From Myxococcota bacterium (GTDB lineage: Bacteria > Myxococcota_A > UBA9160 > UBA4427): a DNA stretch of 64,000 bases. The stretch covers positions 1,408,001-1,472,000 of the forward strand of contig OZ252299.1 of assembly GCA_965250285.1 (NCBI GenBank). Reading direction: 5' to 3'. The notes under the pieces are model-generated. The model ran no database searches and was not told where the DNA came from. It saw nothing but the letters and a program-made list of their open reading frames with translations. Shown here piece by piece: positions 1-9,743 of the stretch (positions are counted from its first letter, which is position 1; each line of letters begins with the position of its first letter). The position numbers were made by a program, and so were the translations under genes.

Positions 1-4
1 GCAG

Positions 5-2746
5 ATGGTGTACGACGGTGAACAGCGATTGATCGAGCGGATCTCTCCCGAAGGCGACTACGTCTCGTTTACATACGATGATCTGCACAATGTCCTCTCA
101 AGGACACGTCATCCGAAGCCGGGTTTCGTCGTTGATCCGATCGAAGAGATCTACACGTATGAGCCACTCTTCAGTCAGATAGAGACGTATACAGACCCAA
201 TGGGAGAGGTGACGACCTACTACTACGACAGTGCGGGCGACTTGGATCGCATCGAACGGCCACCGGTTGAAGCGGGAGTCGCGACTACGAGGTTCATCTT
301 CAATAGCCTGGGGCTGGTGGGCGAAGTCGAGGATCCTGAAGGCATGGTCACGAAGTTTGGTTACGACATGTCAACTGGGGAGTTGATATCCAGGATCGAA
401 GACTTCGGTGGACTCGGCATCGAGTCAGAGTGGGATCACTACCCGACTGGAGACGTTTGGTGGTCTGAGGATCCTTTGGGTCGCCGAACTACGTACTTCT
501 ACGACGATATGCGTCGGGTCGAGAAGGAGGTGGCCCCGGGTAGTTCTGCCTACGAGACCGAATACAAGTACGACTCAGAAGGCCTGCTTGAGTATGTGCG
601 TAGAGAGACCCTAGCCCCTGCGGCGCCCTGGCAGGTCAACAGCTGGACCTATACGGGATCCGGCAAGGTCGAGACGGCCGTGGATCCTGAGCTGTCTATG
701 ACGACAAGCGAGTACGACGAACTCGACCGGCTGTGGAAGGTTGAGGATGCAGAAGGGTATGTCACAGAGCGAAGCTACGATGCACGAGGCTCGCTCTGGA
801 AGGTGATCGGGCCTTCAGGCCAAACGATGGCCGAGTACACGTACACACTGAACGGTCTTGTCGAAACCATGACTGACCCGAACGGCAATGTGACGGAGTT
901 TAGGTATGACGGTTTCGATCGTCTGAAGAAGACGATCTATCCGGACGACTCCTATGAGGAGCTTGGGTACAACGATCGGTCTGATGTTGTGTCTCGGAGG
1001 ACGCGAGCGGGCGTCACGATTGACTACGTCCCCGATGCTCTGGGGCAGATCGTTCAGAAGAAAGTCCCTGGAGAGCCGCTCGTCGAGTACAAGTATGACC
1101 TAGCCGGGCGGCGAACAGCCGTCATTGATGATTGGGGGCGCGTTGACTACGACTTCGATGACCTTGGTCGACTCGAGGGTGTGCGGCGTTCGGACGGCCT
1201 AGACATCACGTACACATACTATGACGATGGACAGCCCGAGGTCTTCACCTACCCGGACGGCTCCTCGTTCTGTCATATGTACGACGATCTTGGGCGCCTA
1301 GACGGCATACATACTGATTGCGTCGGGGGTCCTTACATCGCTGACTTCGGGTGGGATGCTCTATCCCGGTTCGGCGGGATGTTCCATGAGAACGGTGTGG
1401 GTACGGGGGTTGTGTACGAGCTGGATAACGACGTAGAGGCCTGGACCAATGCATTCCCAGGAAACTATGTGATCTACGAGTACGGCTACGACCGGTTGCA
1501 CAATCGAACGTCAACGATGGTCGATGATCCGAGCTTCGAATTTGACCTGTTCTCGGTGCAGCAGCGGCTGTTCGTGCCTGACGAGCTGAATCAGTATGAC
1601 GCGGTGAACGGTGATGCGTTCATGCATGACCTTGACGGCAATCTCACATCGGGCGCTGGGCGTGACTTTGAGTTTGACGCAGAAGGGCGACTAATCCGTG
1701 CTGGAACCTCGACCTACGACTACGATTCGGATGGTCTGAGGCGCAGCAAGACAGTCGATGGTGTTACCACTCACTACCTCTATGACCGCGGTCACGTTAT
1801 CGGCGAGTATGATGACGCCGGGACGATGATCCGCCAGTACCTGTTCGGTCCTGGCACCGACATGCCTGTCCGGATGACTGCGGCTGACGGCAGCAACTAT
1901 TACTACCAGCTGGATGCTCATGGATCGGTCGTTGCGCTTACCAACTCCAGCGGATGGATTGTTGAGCGGTACACGTATGGACCCTTCGGTGAGACGCTGA
2001 GTGCGAGCGTCCTTGGGAGTCCTTTCCGGTACGCGGGGCGGGAGTGGGACCCGGAGACAGGTCTCTACTACAACCGTGCTCGGTACTATGATCCGGAGAT
2101 GGGACGATTCATCCAGCCCGACCCGCTGAAGCACGCAGACGGCCTGAATCTGTATGTCTATGGACGGAACAACCCCGTGAGGTTCGCCGATCCGCTGGGT
2201 CTCTTCGCAAAGGGGAGCTTTGGTCCAGCCCAGCAGTCGGGGCTCGGTGGCGACTTCGGCGAGGGGATAGTTTCCCTGCCGCGAGGATTGGGTAGATTTG
2301 CTCGGCAAGAGGCACGTCGGCTGGGCTTCCTCGGTACGGGTCAGCAGGTGCAGTCGACACTTATTGAAGATCGGCTACTCGGCGAGATCGCGGCGGTTGG
2401 GATGAACTTGATCAACGAGTTTCCAGGACCGGCGTCTGAAATGGCGCGCGACGGAGTACGGGACAACGCCGGGCGGATCGCTGGTCGCTTCACTGCAAGC
2501 CAGATTGCAAGGAGCGGGATGTCGCGCGCTGTCGGGCGGGTCCAGGCAGGAGCACTTGGACTTGGCCTTACAGAGTTGGCTGTCGCGGGAGACGCGCAAC
2601 TCGCAGTTGAGAATCTTGCCTTGAGGAATCAGGTCTTTGTGACAACAGTGGACTTGTCGCAGCCGATTCTTCCGCAGATCAGTGTCGATGGTCTCGATGC
2701 GCTTACAGAGGTGTTGAATGCGATCTCGACCGGGCAGGCTCAGTAG
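5..2746 (+). CDS. Rhs/YD-repeat polymorphic toxin, 5'-truncated by window edge
   Basis: Many YD repeats; Rhs core (FRYAGREWDPETGLYYNRARYYDPEMGRFIQPDP...YVYGRNNPVRFADPLGL) followed by a ~180-aa variable C-terminal domain. Confidence 0.95.
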   Translation: MVYDGEQRLIERISPEGDYVSFTYDDLHNVLSRTRHPKPGFVVDPIEEIYTYEPLFSQIETYTDPMGEVTTYYYDSAGDLDRIERPPVEAGVATTRFIFNSLGLVGEVEDPEGMVTKFGYDMSTGELISRIEDFGGLGIESEWDHYPTGDVWWSEDPLGRRTTYFYDDMRRVEKEVAPGSSAYETEYKYDSEGLLEYVRRETLAPAAPWQVNSWTYTGSGKVETAVDPELSMTTSEYDELDRLWKVEDAEGYVTERSYDARGSLWKVIGPSGQTMAEYTYTLNGLVETMTDPNGNVTEFRYDGFDRLKKTIYPDDSYEELGYNDRSDVVSRRTRAGVTIDYVPDALGQIVQKKVPGEPLVEYKYDLAGRRTAVIDDWGRVDYDFDDLGRLEGVRRSDGLDITYTYYDDGQPEVFTYPDGSSFCHMYDDLGRLDGIHTDCVGGPYIADFGWDALSRFGGMFHENGVGTGVVYELDNDVEAWTNAFPGNYVIYEYGYDRLHNRTSTMVDDPSFEFDLFSVQQRLFVPDELNQYDAVNGDAFMHDLDGNLTSGAGRDFEFDAEGRLIRAGTSTYDYDSDGLRRSKTVDGVTTHYLYDRGHVIGEYDDAGTMIRQYLFGPGTDMPVRMTAADGSNYYYQLDAHGSVVALTNSSGWIVERYTYGPFGETLSASVLGSPFRYAGREWDPETGLYYNRARYYDPEMGRFIQPDPLKHADGLNLYVYGRNNPVRFADPLGLFAKGSFGPAQQSGLGGDFGEGIVSLPRGLGRFARQEARRLGFLGTGQQVQSTLIEDRLLGEIAAVGMNLINEFPGPASEMARDGVRDNAGRIAGRFTASQIARSGMSRAVGRVQAGALGLGLTELAVAGDAQLAVENLALRNQVFVTTVDLSQPILPQISVDGLDALTEVLNAISTGQAQ

Positions 2747-3063
2747 TGGGGGAGGCCGGTGCGTCCCGTCGATTCGCAGTGCGGTGCAACGCTTGTGGCA
2801 CGAGGGGCATATCGCCCCTGTCCGTCGTTTCGATGCGCCGCGGGCGCCGGGTGACCTGCTCGAGCTGCGGTTCGGAATTGTTCTTGAAGGGTTGGCTCGA
2901 TGAGGTTGTTGCGATAGCAGAGCAGGCGGCTTTGCTGGCTTCCATGATTGCGTCGGTTGCGATGAGTTCTGTGCTTCCCTTTTTGGGAGTCTGTATCGGT
3001 TTGTTGGCGGTCGAGTGCTACGTAGTGCCTCGTTGGTTCACTGTCGTTGGCGACGAGGAATGA
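2746..3063 (+). CDS. Putative cognate immunity protein (CxxC...CxxC zinc ribbon + 2 TM helices)
   Basis: GTG start overlaps the Rhs stop; CNAC and CSSC motifs followed by two hydrophobic segments. Confidence 0.65.
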   Translation: MGEAGASRRFAVRCNACGTRGISPLSVVSMRRGRRVTCSSCGSELFLKGWLDEVVAIAEQAALLASMIASVAMSSVLPFLGVCIGLLAVECYVVPRWFTVVGDEE

Positions 3064-3259
3064 GTGGCGTCCATTCTGTCGCCGGCTTCGTTTGTAGTGA
3101 CCTGTGTTGAAGGGGCCCTGCTGCGGTCTTCGGGGAGAGCTCCTGAACGTAGGTCGCTTCCGAGGAGGGTCTCGACTGGGGTGGTTGCGGCCGATCAGGT
3201 GAGTGGATTGAATGGGGCCGAGGCGCGAGCGGAGAAGCTCCGTTCGGCAGAGAAACTGC

Positions 3260-3577
3260 GTGCTGACACTCAGCCAATATGAGTGGGCGCTTGCTACGGC
3301 TGTCGTGACGCTCTTGTGGTACGCGTTGGTCGTGCTTCAGACCATGCGGCTGCGTAGGTTAGGGTCGCATCGGAGCGAAGACTTGAGCTTCATTGCATTT
3401 CTCGTAGCCCCGAATGGTTGGGTGTTGCGAGTTCTCCGCTGGTTGTTTGGCTTTCAGTATCTTCGCGAGCGAGACGGTATCCTGACGGCGATTGGTACGT
3501 GCGCAATCGCTACGCTCTCCTCAGCGGTATTCTTGATACTCGGGCCAGCGTTTCGATGGGTGATCATTGCCGGTTGA
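3260..3577 (+). CDS. Small membrane protein, paralogue of 7199-7516 (putative orphan immunity)
   Basis: Aligns end-to-end with 7199-7516 (YEWA.AT..TLLWY, RSEDLS, PNGW.LR.L.WLFG.Q.LRERD, LILGPAFRWV); GTG start at 3260 chosen from the alignment. Confidence 0.75.
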   Translation: MLTLSQYEWALATAVVTLLWYALVVLQTMRLRRLGSHRSEDLSFIAFLVAPNGWVLRVLRWLFGFQYLRERDGILTAIGTCAIATLSSAVFLILGPAFRWVIIAG

Positions 3578-4178
3578 ACATCAGAATGGCCCCATCTCGC
3601 TAGTTGCGTGGCGGGATTCGTTTTGGGGTATCGGGTCTAGGCAAGCCTGGGCGGACTCTTCCTCTCTAGAAGTGCGCCACTGTGCGTACCAACAGCGTCG
3701 GCCATTCAAGCGACAGATCGTCGATCCGGACGCGGCGATAGACGGGATCGACTGTGTTCGACTGCTCTCTCCACCGAAGCGCGCCTGTTGCCTGGCAGCG
3801 CCCGCTGGGAGTTAAGCAGACACGTCGCGTCGTCGACGCTCGTCCCGAGAGTCTCGTCCATCCCTGCTGTCTCCGATGCGAGGGCGGCCGCTCGGCAACA
3901 ACCTGGGGCATTCGTCCGGCGGTAGCCGTGGGGAGTCGCGACCATAGGCGCTTGTCTGCGTCGGTTGCGCAGGCAGTCACGCTGGGATGGGTCGCGGCAA
4001 CGTATTGAAGCGTGGCCGGGCACCGCGGAGATTCGATGAGCGAGCGAAGTTCACGAACTCCCAACCGCGCCAATCGATCTGGATCTCGGTTGGGGCGCTC
4101 GGCGTTGAGTGCGACGCGGTGATCCTTGGGCGGGGGCGGTTCGCATCTGTTGCCGAAGCTCCACGGGGCTGAGCGTTC

Positions 4179-5015
4179 CTAGACGCGGAGGGCCTGACGG
4201 TGGCGCAGGTGATTCACGCTTGCCGGCTTGGGCTTGCTGAGAGCGAGCGCGTAGCAATAGAACCGAACGTCTGGCGCGGTCGGATCGACACGCTCAGCCC
4301 ATGTCAGGTGGTAGCTGTATTCACGATCCTCGCCGTTGTCGTCGGTGAAGCGGATCGTAATGCGAACTTCATCGGCGCTCCTATTCTGGCTCAGCGGGAC
4401 ATAGAGGCCGTGTGTCCGATTTGCGCTCGACGGGCCGCGCGGCTTGACAACGTTTGAGGACTCGTCCTCCAGTCCCGGAGGGTCAACCGAATACGTGACG
4501 TGGTCGACTGGCGAGTCGTAGGTCTGCCAGTGCATGCCGCGAGCCTTCGCGAATCGGCCGCCGCTGCTGCGATCCCCGTGTTCGCCCCATCCCGGGTTCT
4601 TCACGTTGTCGTAGACGTCGATCCGAACGCGGGGTGCGGCCCGTCCGCGCTCAATGGATCGAAGCCCTTCAATGCCCTCGATCGTCCTGTCGAGACCACG
4701 TAGCGCTACCTCGAGATCCCGTCTCTGGAGTTCGAGCTCGTCCTGTTGAAACTCAAGGGACTGACGTTGCAGGATCAAGTTCCAGACGAGAAATAGCAGG
4801 GCCACCGGCTGGGAGATTCCGCCGACGAAGTCACCCCACGATCCCGGCTCGAACGAAACGCCGAGAAGATGTAGCCCGACGGGCGCGAGTAACAGAAACG
4901 CGAGCAAAGCGAACGCCCAACCGCCGAGCCGACGAAGTCCGCCCTTTCGCTTCTGTCGAGACTCGCGGCTCTTCTGGACCCGCTGCATGAGCTCGTCGCG
5001 TCTGTTGTCGTCCAT
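4179..5015 (-). CDS. Hypothetical membrane protein (2 TM + coiled coil; WGDFVGG...LQR..LE.Q..EL motif)
   Basis: 278-aa ORF; N-terminal architecture recalls putative abortive-infection (putAbiC-like) island proteins. Confidence 0.65.
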   Translation of the reverse strand: MDDNRRDELMQRVQKSRESRQKRKGGLRRLGGWAFALLAFLLLAPVGLHLLGVSFEPGSWGDFVGGISQPVALLFLVWNLILQRQSLEFQQDELELQRRDLEVALRGLDRTIEGIEGLRSIERGRAAPRVRIDVYDNVKNPGWGEHGDRSSGGRFAKARGMHWQTYDSPVDHVTYSVDPPGLEDESSNVVKPRGPSSANRTHGLYVPLSQNRSADEVRITIRFTDDNGEDREYSYHLTWAERVDPTAPDVRFYCYALALSKPKPASVNHLRHRQALRV

Positions 5016-5072
5016 TCCGAGAGACTATCTCGGGTCCTGCCTGGCCACGAGCGCCACGGGCGGCCGTCGCGG

Positions 5073-5942
5073 CTACGTCCCGTCCCCATGGCGGCAGTCT
5101 GCGTCGCTGTCGCGCTGGGTCCGCATCATGATGCGACCGTCAGGGAATCCGTAGACGCGAACCGTACCGTCGCGGTGGGTGCAGAACAGGTCGGACTCAC
5201 CCACCGCGTCGATGTAGTCGTCCACGGCCTCGTCATGGGGGTGGCCATGGGTGGAGTTCTGGCCGACTGAGATCACGATCTTCCGGGGGCCGACCGCGTC
5301 GAGGAATGGATCCGTGCGGCCGTTGTGGCTGCCGTGATGCGATGCCTTGAGGACATCCGCCTCGAGCTGGTCAGCGTGGTTGTTGACTAGGAATCCGATG
5401 GTGTCGAGCTCCACGTCCCCCGTGAAGAGCATCGAGAAGTCGCCGAAGGTCATCCGGACGACTCGGGTGTTGTCGTTCTCATGGTCAGGGCAGTCGGCCG
5501 CGTTCGCCGGTACGGGGAGAAACTCAAACGTCACGCCGTCGATCGTGACTGACTCTCCGGGGCTCATCTGCTCCGCGCCTTCGTCCTCGAGAGCCTCCCG
5601 CCACGTGTCGTCCGATGTGCGATTCGGACAGTCTTCCATGTTTCCATAGAAGCGCTCGACTTCGAACTGCTCGATCACCTCGTCCATACCCCCGTGGTGG
5701 TCGAAGTGGCGATGGGAGACGACCGCGAGAGCGACGGTCTCTATGCCCATCTCTTCCATGTAGTCCGCTTGATCGTCGTTCGTGCCGGCATCGATCACGA
5801 TCCACTCTTCGTTCGGAGTGCGGATCACGATGCCGTCCGCTTGGCCGCGGTCGAGTACCTGGACGCGGACGGATTGGAACGCGAAAGCGGGGCCAGCCAA
5901 TCCCACTACGGTGCAAGCCAACGTGAGAGCAAGCGTTCTCAT
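5073..5942 (-). CDS. Secreted ComEC/Rec2-like metallo-beta-lactamase-fold hydrolase (putative nuclease)
   Basis: Signal peptide; LDRGQAD, IDAG, SHRHFDHHGG, LFTGD, ASHHGS, HGHPH motifs. Confidence 0.9.
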   Translation of the reverse strand: MRTLALTLACTVVGLAGPAFAFQSVRVQVLDRGQADGIVIRTPNEEWIVIDAGTNDDQADYMEEMGIETVALAVVSHRHFDHHGGMDEVIEQFEVERFYGNMEDCPNRTSDDTWREALEDEGAEQMSPGESVTIDGVTFEFLPVPANAADCPDHENDNTRVVRMTFGDFSMLFTGDVELDTIGFLVNNHADQLEADVLKASHHGSHNGRTDPFLDAVGPRKIVISVGQNSTHGHPHDEAVDDYIDAVGESDLFCTHRDGTVRVYGFPDGRIMMRTQRDSDADCRHGDGT

Positions 5943-6032
5943 GCCAGTAGTCCTTCAGCTGATCCGTTCCGATTCTGCCGTTCCTGAGTCTCGTGCGAGT
6001 GTGGGCTCCGGGCCTCGCGAGTTGAGATCTGG

Positions 6033-6647
6033 ATGTGTCACCCCGTACACATCTCGAAGATCGAGAGATCTCGCGGCGATGTCTGCCGGCTAGAGTGGCG
6101 TAGCGTGTGGGGCAAGGGTGGGCATCAATTGGCTGGTTCGACAATCGGCAGGATTGCTGAGCGGCTCCCGTACTCCGACGGGTCCGGTCGCCGCAGGCTC
6201 ATCGCAGGAGCCTTCGTTCTGTCGACGCTCGTGGCCGTGGCTGGCGGCACCGGGTGCGAGGAGACGCTTGATGGGGTGCTCGAGTCGAAGTGCGAGAAGG
6301 CTGCGGTCAGGCTGGCGCGGAACGAGTGCCGAGCGCTCCATTCAGAGAGCGTGCCTACCGACCCAGCGATAGATGAGCGCAGGTCCGAGCTCCTCCGATG
6401 CACTCAACGCGCGTGCGCAGACGTTCCGTCCGTCTGCGACAAAGAGGGTGGGTCTTACAACCTCGAGGAGCTCTCTGCTCACTTGGCGTGCATGCGCGAG
6501 GTGATGCGGGGCTCGGGGCAGGACCCGAACCACGAGTGCCGGACGGACGAGCGGGTGATGGGGCCGTGCGTGGAAGAGTGTGTCAACGACGCGCTCAAGT
6601 CAGTCCAGCACGCGCGCCGCATCCTCGAATGCGAGCAAGGGCGCTAG
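6033..6647 (+). CDS. Cys-rich hypothetical lipoprotein (start uncertain, probably downstream)
   Basis: Hydrophobic stretch ending GTGC (lipobox-like), followed by many Cys. Confidence 0.55.
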   Translation: MCHPVHISKIERSRGDVCRLEWRSVWGKGGHQLAGSTIGRIAERLPYSDGSGRRRLIAGAFVLSTLVAVAGGTGCEETLDGVLESKCEKAAVRLARNECRALHSESVPTDPAIDERRSELLRCTQRACADVPSVCDKEGGSYNLEELSAHLACMREVMRGSGQDPNHECRTDERVMGPCVEECVNDALKSVQHARRILECEQGR

Positions 6648-6659
6648 GCGGGGGGGCGG

Positions 6660-7151
6660 GTGGGTCGGTATCAGCTAGCCGTATCGCTCATCGTCGTGGC
6701 TGTCGTCTCATGCGGAGAGGAAGCGCTAAGTCCGGAGCAAGAGTTATTCCTAGACATGCCCCGATTCGAGCGGATTCGCCATGTGTCCGCCCAGCCCAAC
6801 GACGTGCAGGTCGAGCTGTACCTCTTGACCGTCCAGCGGGTTCACCCGCCGGATGCAATCATGACGAAGCGGGTCGCTGCGACCGATGGGATCATCGTTC
6901 AGATCACGAACCGATGGCGCGACCCCGAGACGACCTTGCGTGACCGAATACACCTCTTGCGGCTGGTGGCCTACGTGCACCTGAATGGTGCATGGGAGCC
7001 GTCACGTGATGAGGCTTTTGCTCAGGAGATCACAGACTTCGTCGACGGGATCTGGGTGCCCTGGATTCGAGAGGACGTCGCGTGGCTAGAGCGGTCGCTA
7101 TACCGCGAGACGACGTCTCGTGCCGAACGGTCGGGTAAAGATCTTCAGTAG
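6660..7151 (+). CDS. Hypothetical lipoprotein
   Basis: Signal peptide with VVSC lipobox; tightly packed with neighbours. Confidence 0.6.
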   Translation: MGRYQLAVSLIVVAVVSCGEEALSPEQELFLDMPRFERIRHVSAQPNDVQVELYLLTVQRVHPPDAIMTKRVAATDGIIVQITNRWRDPETTLRDRIHLLRLVAYVHLNGAWEPSRDEAFAQEITDFVDGIWVPWIREDVAWLERSLYRETTSRAERSGKDLQ

Positions 7152-7198
7152 GGTGCCGTGGTCTCCCGCGCGTCGCGCATCGGTCTTCAGGGGGTCGC

Positions 7199-7516
7199 AT
7201 GCTTGTTTTCGATCGATACGAATGGGCAATCGCGACCGCGGCCGCAACGCTGCTGTGGTACGTGCTGCTTGCGCTTCAGACGAAGCGACTCGCCGACATC
7301 GGGTCGCCCCGGAGCGAAGATCTGAGCCTGACTGCGTTCTTTGTGGGACCGAACGGTTGGTTTCTGCGAACGCTCTTTTGGCTCTTTGGCCTTCAGTTCC
7401 TCCGAGAGCGGGATTGGGTGCTGGCGGCGATCAGCACATCCGCGCTGGCCACATACGTCGCGGCGGTGGGTCTGATCCTTGGGCCGGCTTTCAGGTGGGT
7501 CGTGATCGTCGACTAG
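7199..7516 (+). CDS. Small membrane protein, paralogue of 3260-3577
   Basis: End-to-end similarity to 3260-3577; GGGG RBS-like sequence upstream. Confidence 0.8.
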   Translation: MLVFDRYEWAIATAAATLLWYVLLALQTKRLADIGSPRSEDLSLTAFFVGPNGWFLRTLFWLFGLQFLRERDWVLAAISTSALATYVAAVGLILGPAFRWVVIVD

Positions 7517-7568
7517 GTCTCGGGGATGACGGCCCATGTGCCGGGAGGGGGCGCTCCGTGGTGCTCGC

Positions 7569-8093
7569 ATGGTGATTGTCTGGCTGGCGACTGCGATTGC
7601 TGCTGCGCTGCTACTGCTCGCGTGGTGGTGGTACACGTATGCAGAGACAGTCAAATGGCAGGACCTTCCCGGCCGAGTCGGAGGTTTCTCGACATACGCG
7701 GCGGAAGGCGGACGCCTCAGCATTAAGCACGTCGGGTCGGGTAGAACGATTGAGTTTGCGCTTTCGCAGGATGGCGACAAGCCCGTTCGCGCTGTCGAGT
7801 TCGCCCTTCCTGATATGGCTTGGTCGGCTGATTTCTTCGACGACTTCGTATCAGCCGCTGAAAGCGAAGGATTCGCATGCACTGTCGAGTTCGCACCTGC
7901 GCGCGACTCTGCCGTAAGGCGGTTTGCGAGTGTCATGTGCGTCGGCTCGCAAGACGACGTGGTTCAGCAATCAGCACAGCTACTCGCGACTATCGCCGGG
8001 TTCATCGGCGCCAGCCCTGGCGACCAAGCGAGGATTCGGTTCCGGGGCGCTATTCGCACATCGGTGATTGAGGAGGTCGGCGCCTCCCGCTGA
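7569..8093 (+). CDS. Hypothetical protein with N-terminal TM anchor (possible orphan immunity)
   Basis: Hydrophobic N-terminus then globular domain; co-oriented with the cassette string. Confidence 0.6.
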   Translation: MVIVWLATAIAAALLLLAWWWYTYAETVKWQDLPGRVGGFSTYAAEGGRLSIKHVGSGRTIEFALSQDGDKPVRAVEFALPDMAWSADFFDDFVSAAESEGFACTVEFAPARDSAVRRFASVMCVGSQDDVVQQSAQLLATIAGFIGASPGDQARIRFRGAIRTSVIEEVGASR

Positions 8094-8516
8094 GGAGCAA
8101 CAGCCGCTTAGGCTCTCCGGGCAACACCCTTCACCACAGCCCACCGCGAGAAATCGATTCTGAGGTCCAGAAAGGGCCACTGTGGGGCTGTTTTCGGGCC
8201 TATCTCTAGACGCTGGACCTACACCCCACGGACGGAGATAGGGTCGAGAAAGGTCGATTCTTGGGGTCGGGTGAGCGGTGTAGGTCGAGGCTAGAGGGGG
8301 AAACGGATTTCGGTTCGCATGATAAGACGCGATATACCGGAGGGTGAGGAAGCGCGTTTTTGGGGGTACCCCCACCCCCTTCGAAACTCCCGACAACAGC
8401 AGGTCGACCCCCGCCCCCCTCGCAATCTGAGCGAGCCTGCCCGCCCCACTGGCCATGTGAAGCCACGCCCGCCCCGGCACCACCACCCGGCTCTAGGACG
8501 CCTCATGGCCGATATC

Positions 8517-8542
8517 GTGTGCTAACCGTTCGGATGGCACAC
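8517..8542. promoter_or_regulatory. Candidate serine-recombinase crossover site (12-2-12 inverted repeat)
   Basis: GTGTGCTAACCG-TT-CGGATGGCACAC, arms 10/12 complementary, 16 bp upstream of the recombinase start. Confidence 0.6.
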
Positions 8543-8558
8543 AGTCGGGGAGGCGAAA

Positions 8559-9332
8559 GTGGCGAGACGAACCAAGCGAAAGGGCTCGGCCGAGACGCTC
8601 AGGCTCGTGGGCTACGCCCGGGTGTCGACTGACGAGCAGGCGAGTGAGGGCGTGAGCTTGAACGCCCAGGTTGAGCGCCTCAAAGCCTACGCCACAGCCC
8701 ACGGTCACGAGCTCGTGAAGGTCGTCCGCGACTCGGGCGTGTCGGGCAAGACGAGGGCAGAGGACCGGCCCGGCATGGGGCGTGTGCTGAGGGCGCTTGA
8801 GAAGGGCGAAGCAGACGGCGTCGTCGCGATCAAGCTCGACCGCTATTGCCGCGATACGCGCTGCACGCTGGACCTCGTCGAGCGGTGCGACCGTGAGGGC
8901 TGGCGGCTGATTAGCGTGGGCGAACACCTCGATACGGCGACGGCGGCTGGGCGTCTCGTGGTTACGGTCCTGGCAGCCTTGGCCCAGATGGAGCGAGAGC
9001 AGGTCGGTGAACGCACCACGTTCGCCCTCGAGGCCATCGCTCGCGAGGGCAGGGGACGAAGCCGCATCGTCCCGTTCGGCTGGCGCACGGCCTCAGGGAA
9101 GACGACGAACGCGGCCGGCGACCGACGCCCGCTCAAGCCCCACCAGCCCGAGCAGCGAGCACTGGCCCAAATCATCGAGCTGCGAGACGAGGGCAACGGC
9201 GCTCGGCGAATCGCCAAGGCGCTAACCGGGAAGAACCCGCGGTCGGGAGAGGCTTGGACCGTCGGCAGCGTGGCAGCCATCCTCAGGCGCCTGGACCGGT
9301 GGGCCGAGGCCGGGGTCGAGCCGCTCGCGTAG
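8559..9332 (+). CDS. Serine recombinase (resolvase catalytic domain + short recombinase-type DNA-binding domain)
   Basis: GYARVSTDEQ catalytic Ser, DSGVSG...RPG, KLDRYCR, LAALAQMERE, PFGW, IAKAL...W...SV..IL. Confidence 0.93.
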   Translation: MARRTKRKGSAETLRLVGYARVSTDEQASEGVSLNAQVERLKAYATAHGHELVKVVRDSGVSGKTRAEDRPGMGRVLRALEKGEADGVVAIKLDRYCRDTRCTLDLVERCDREGWRLISVGEHLDTATAAGRLVVTVLAALAQMEREQVGERTTFALEAIAREGRGRSRIVPFGWRTASGKTTNAAGDRRPLKPHQPEQRALAQIIELRDEGNGARRIAKALTGKNPRSGEAWTVGSVAAILRRLDRWAEAGVEPLA

Positions 9333-9466
9333 GGCAATCAGGTTATTTCAGTAGCGATGTAAATAGATTCGCGTGTGCGTGGTCAGGGGAGACATCAACG
9401 TCACGAAATAATGCACCTGTATTAATCCTCAACCGCCCCACACACCACGAGAGGTAGGGGAAAATA

Positions 9467-9496
9467 GTGGTGTCCGGTGGTGTCCCGTGGTCTCCG
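9467..9496. repeat. 3 x 10-bp tandem repeat GTGGT(G/C)TCC(G/C), iteron-like
   Basis: gtggtgtccg gtggtgtccc gtggtctccg, next to an AT-rich tract (~9340-9430). Confidence 0.7.
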
Positions 9497-9743
9497 AAAC
9501 TGCCTAAACGCGCTCTAGGCCGTCGAATTCAGCCTTCCTGAACCAGGGAGGGCCAGGGATGAGCGTCATCTGCCAGAGGGTGGGGTCGTGGTTGGCAGAT
9601 TCCCGCCGCGATCGCCGACGTGGTGGGGAGAGTGGTTTGGACGATGGTCGCTCTTCGAACCCGCCCTGGACGGACGGACGGACGGGACGCTTAGAAAAGC
9701 GTCCGCGTCCATCCGGCCAATCCGTAGGGAATCTCCTCGTCCG

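Noticed and set aside
3578..4178. Several overlapping short ORFs on both strands
   Set aside because: No motif, RBS or coding-like composition; likely decayed or non-coding island DNA
9072..9088. 15/17 match to the centre and right half of the 26-bp recombinase site, inside the recombinase gene
   Set aside because: Left arm absent and the sequence encodes the conserved PFGW motif; probably coincidental
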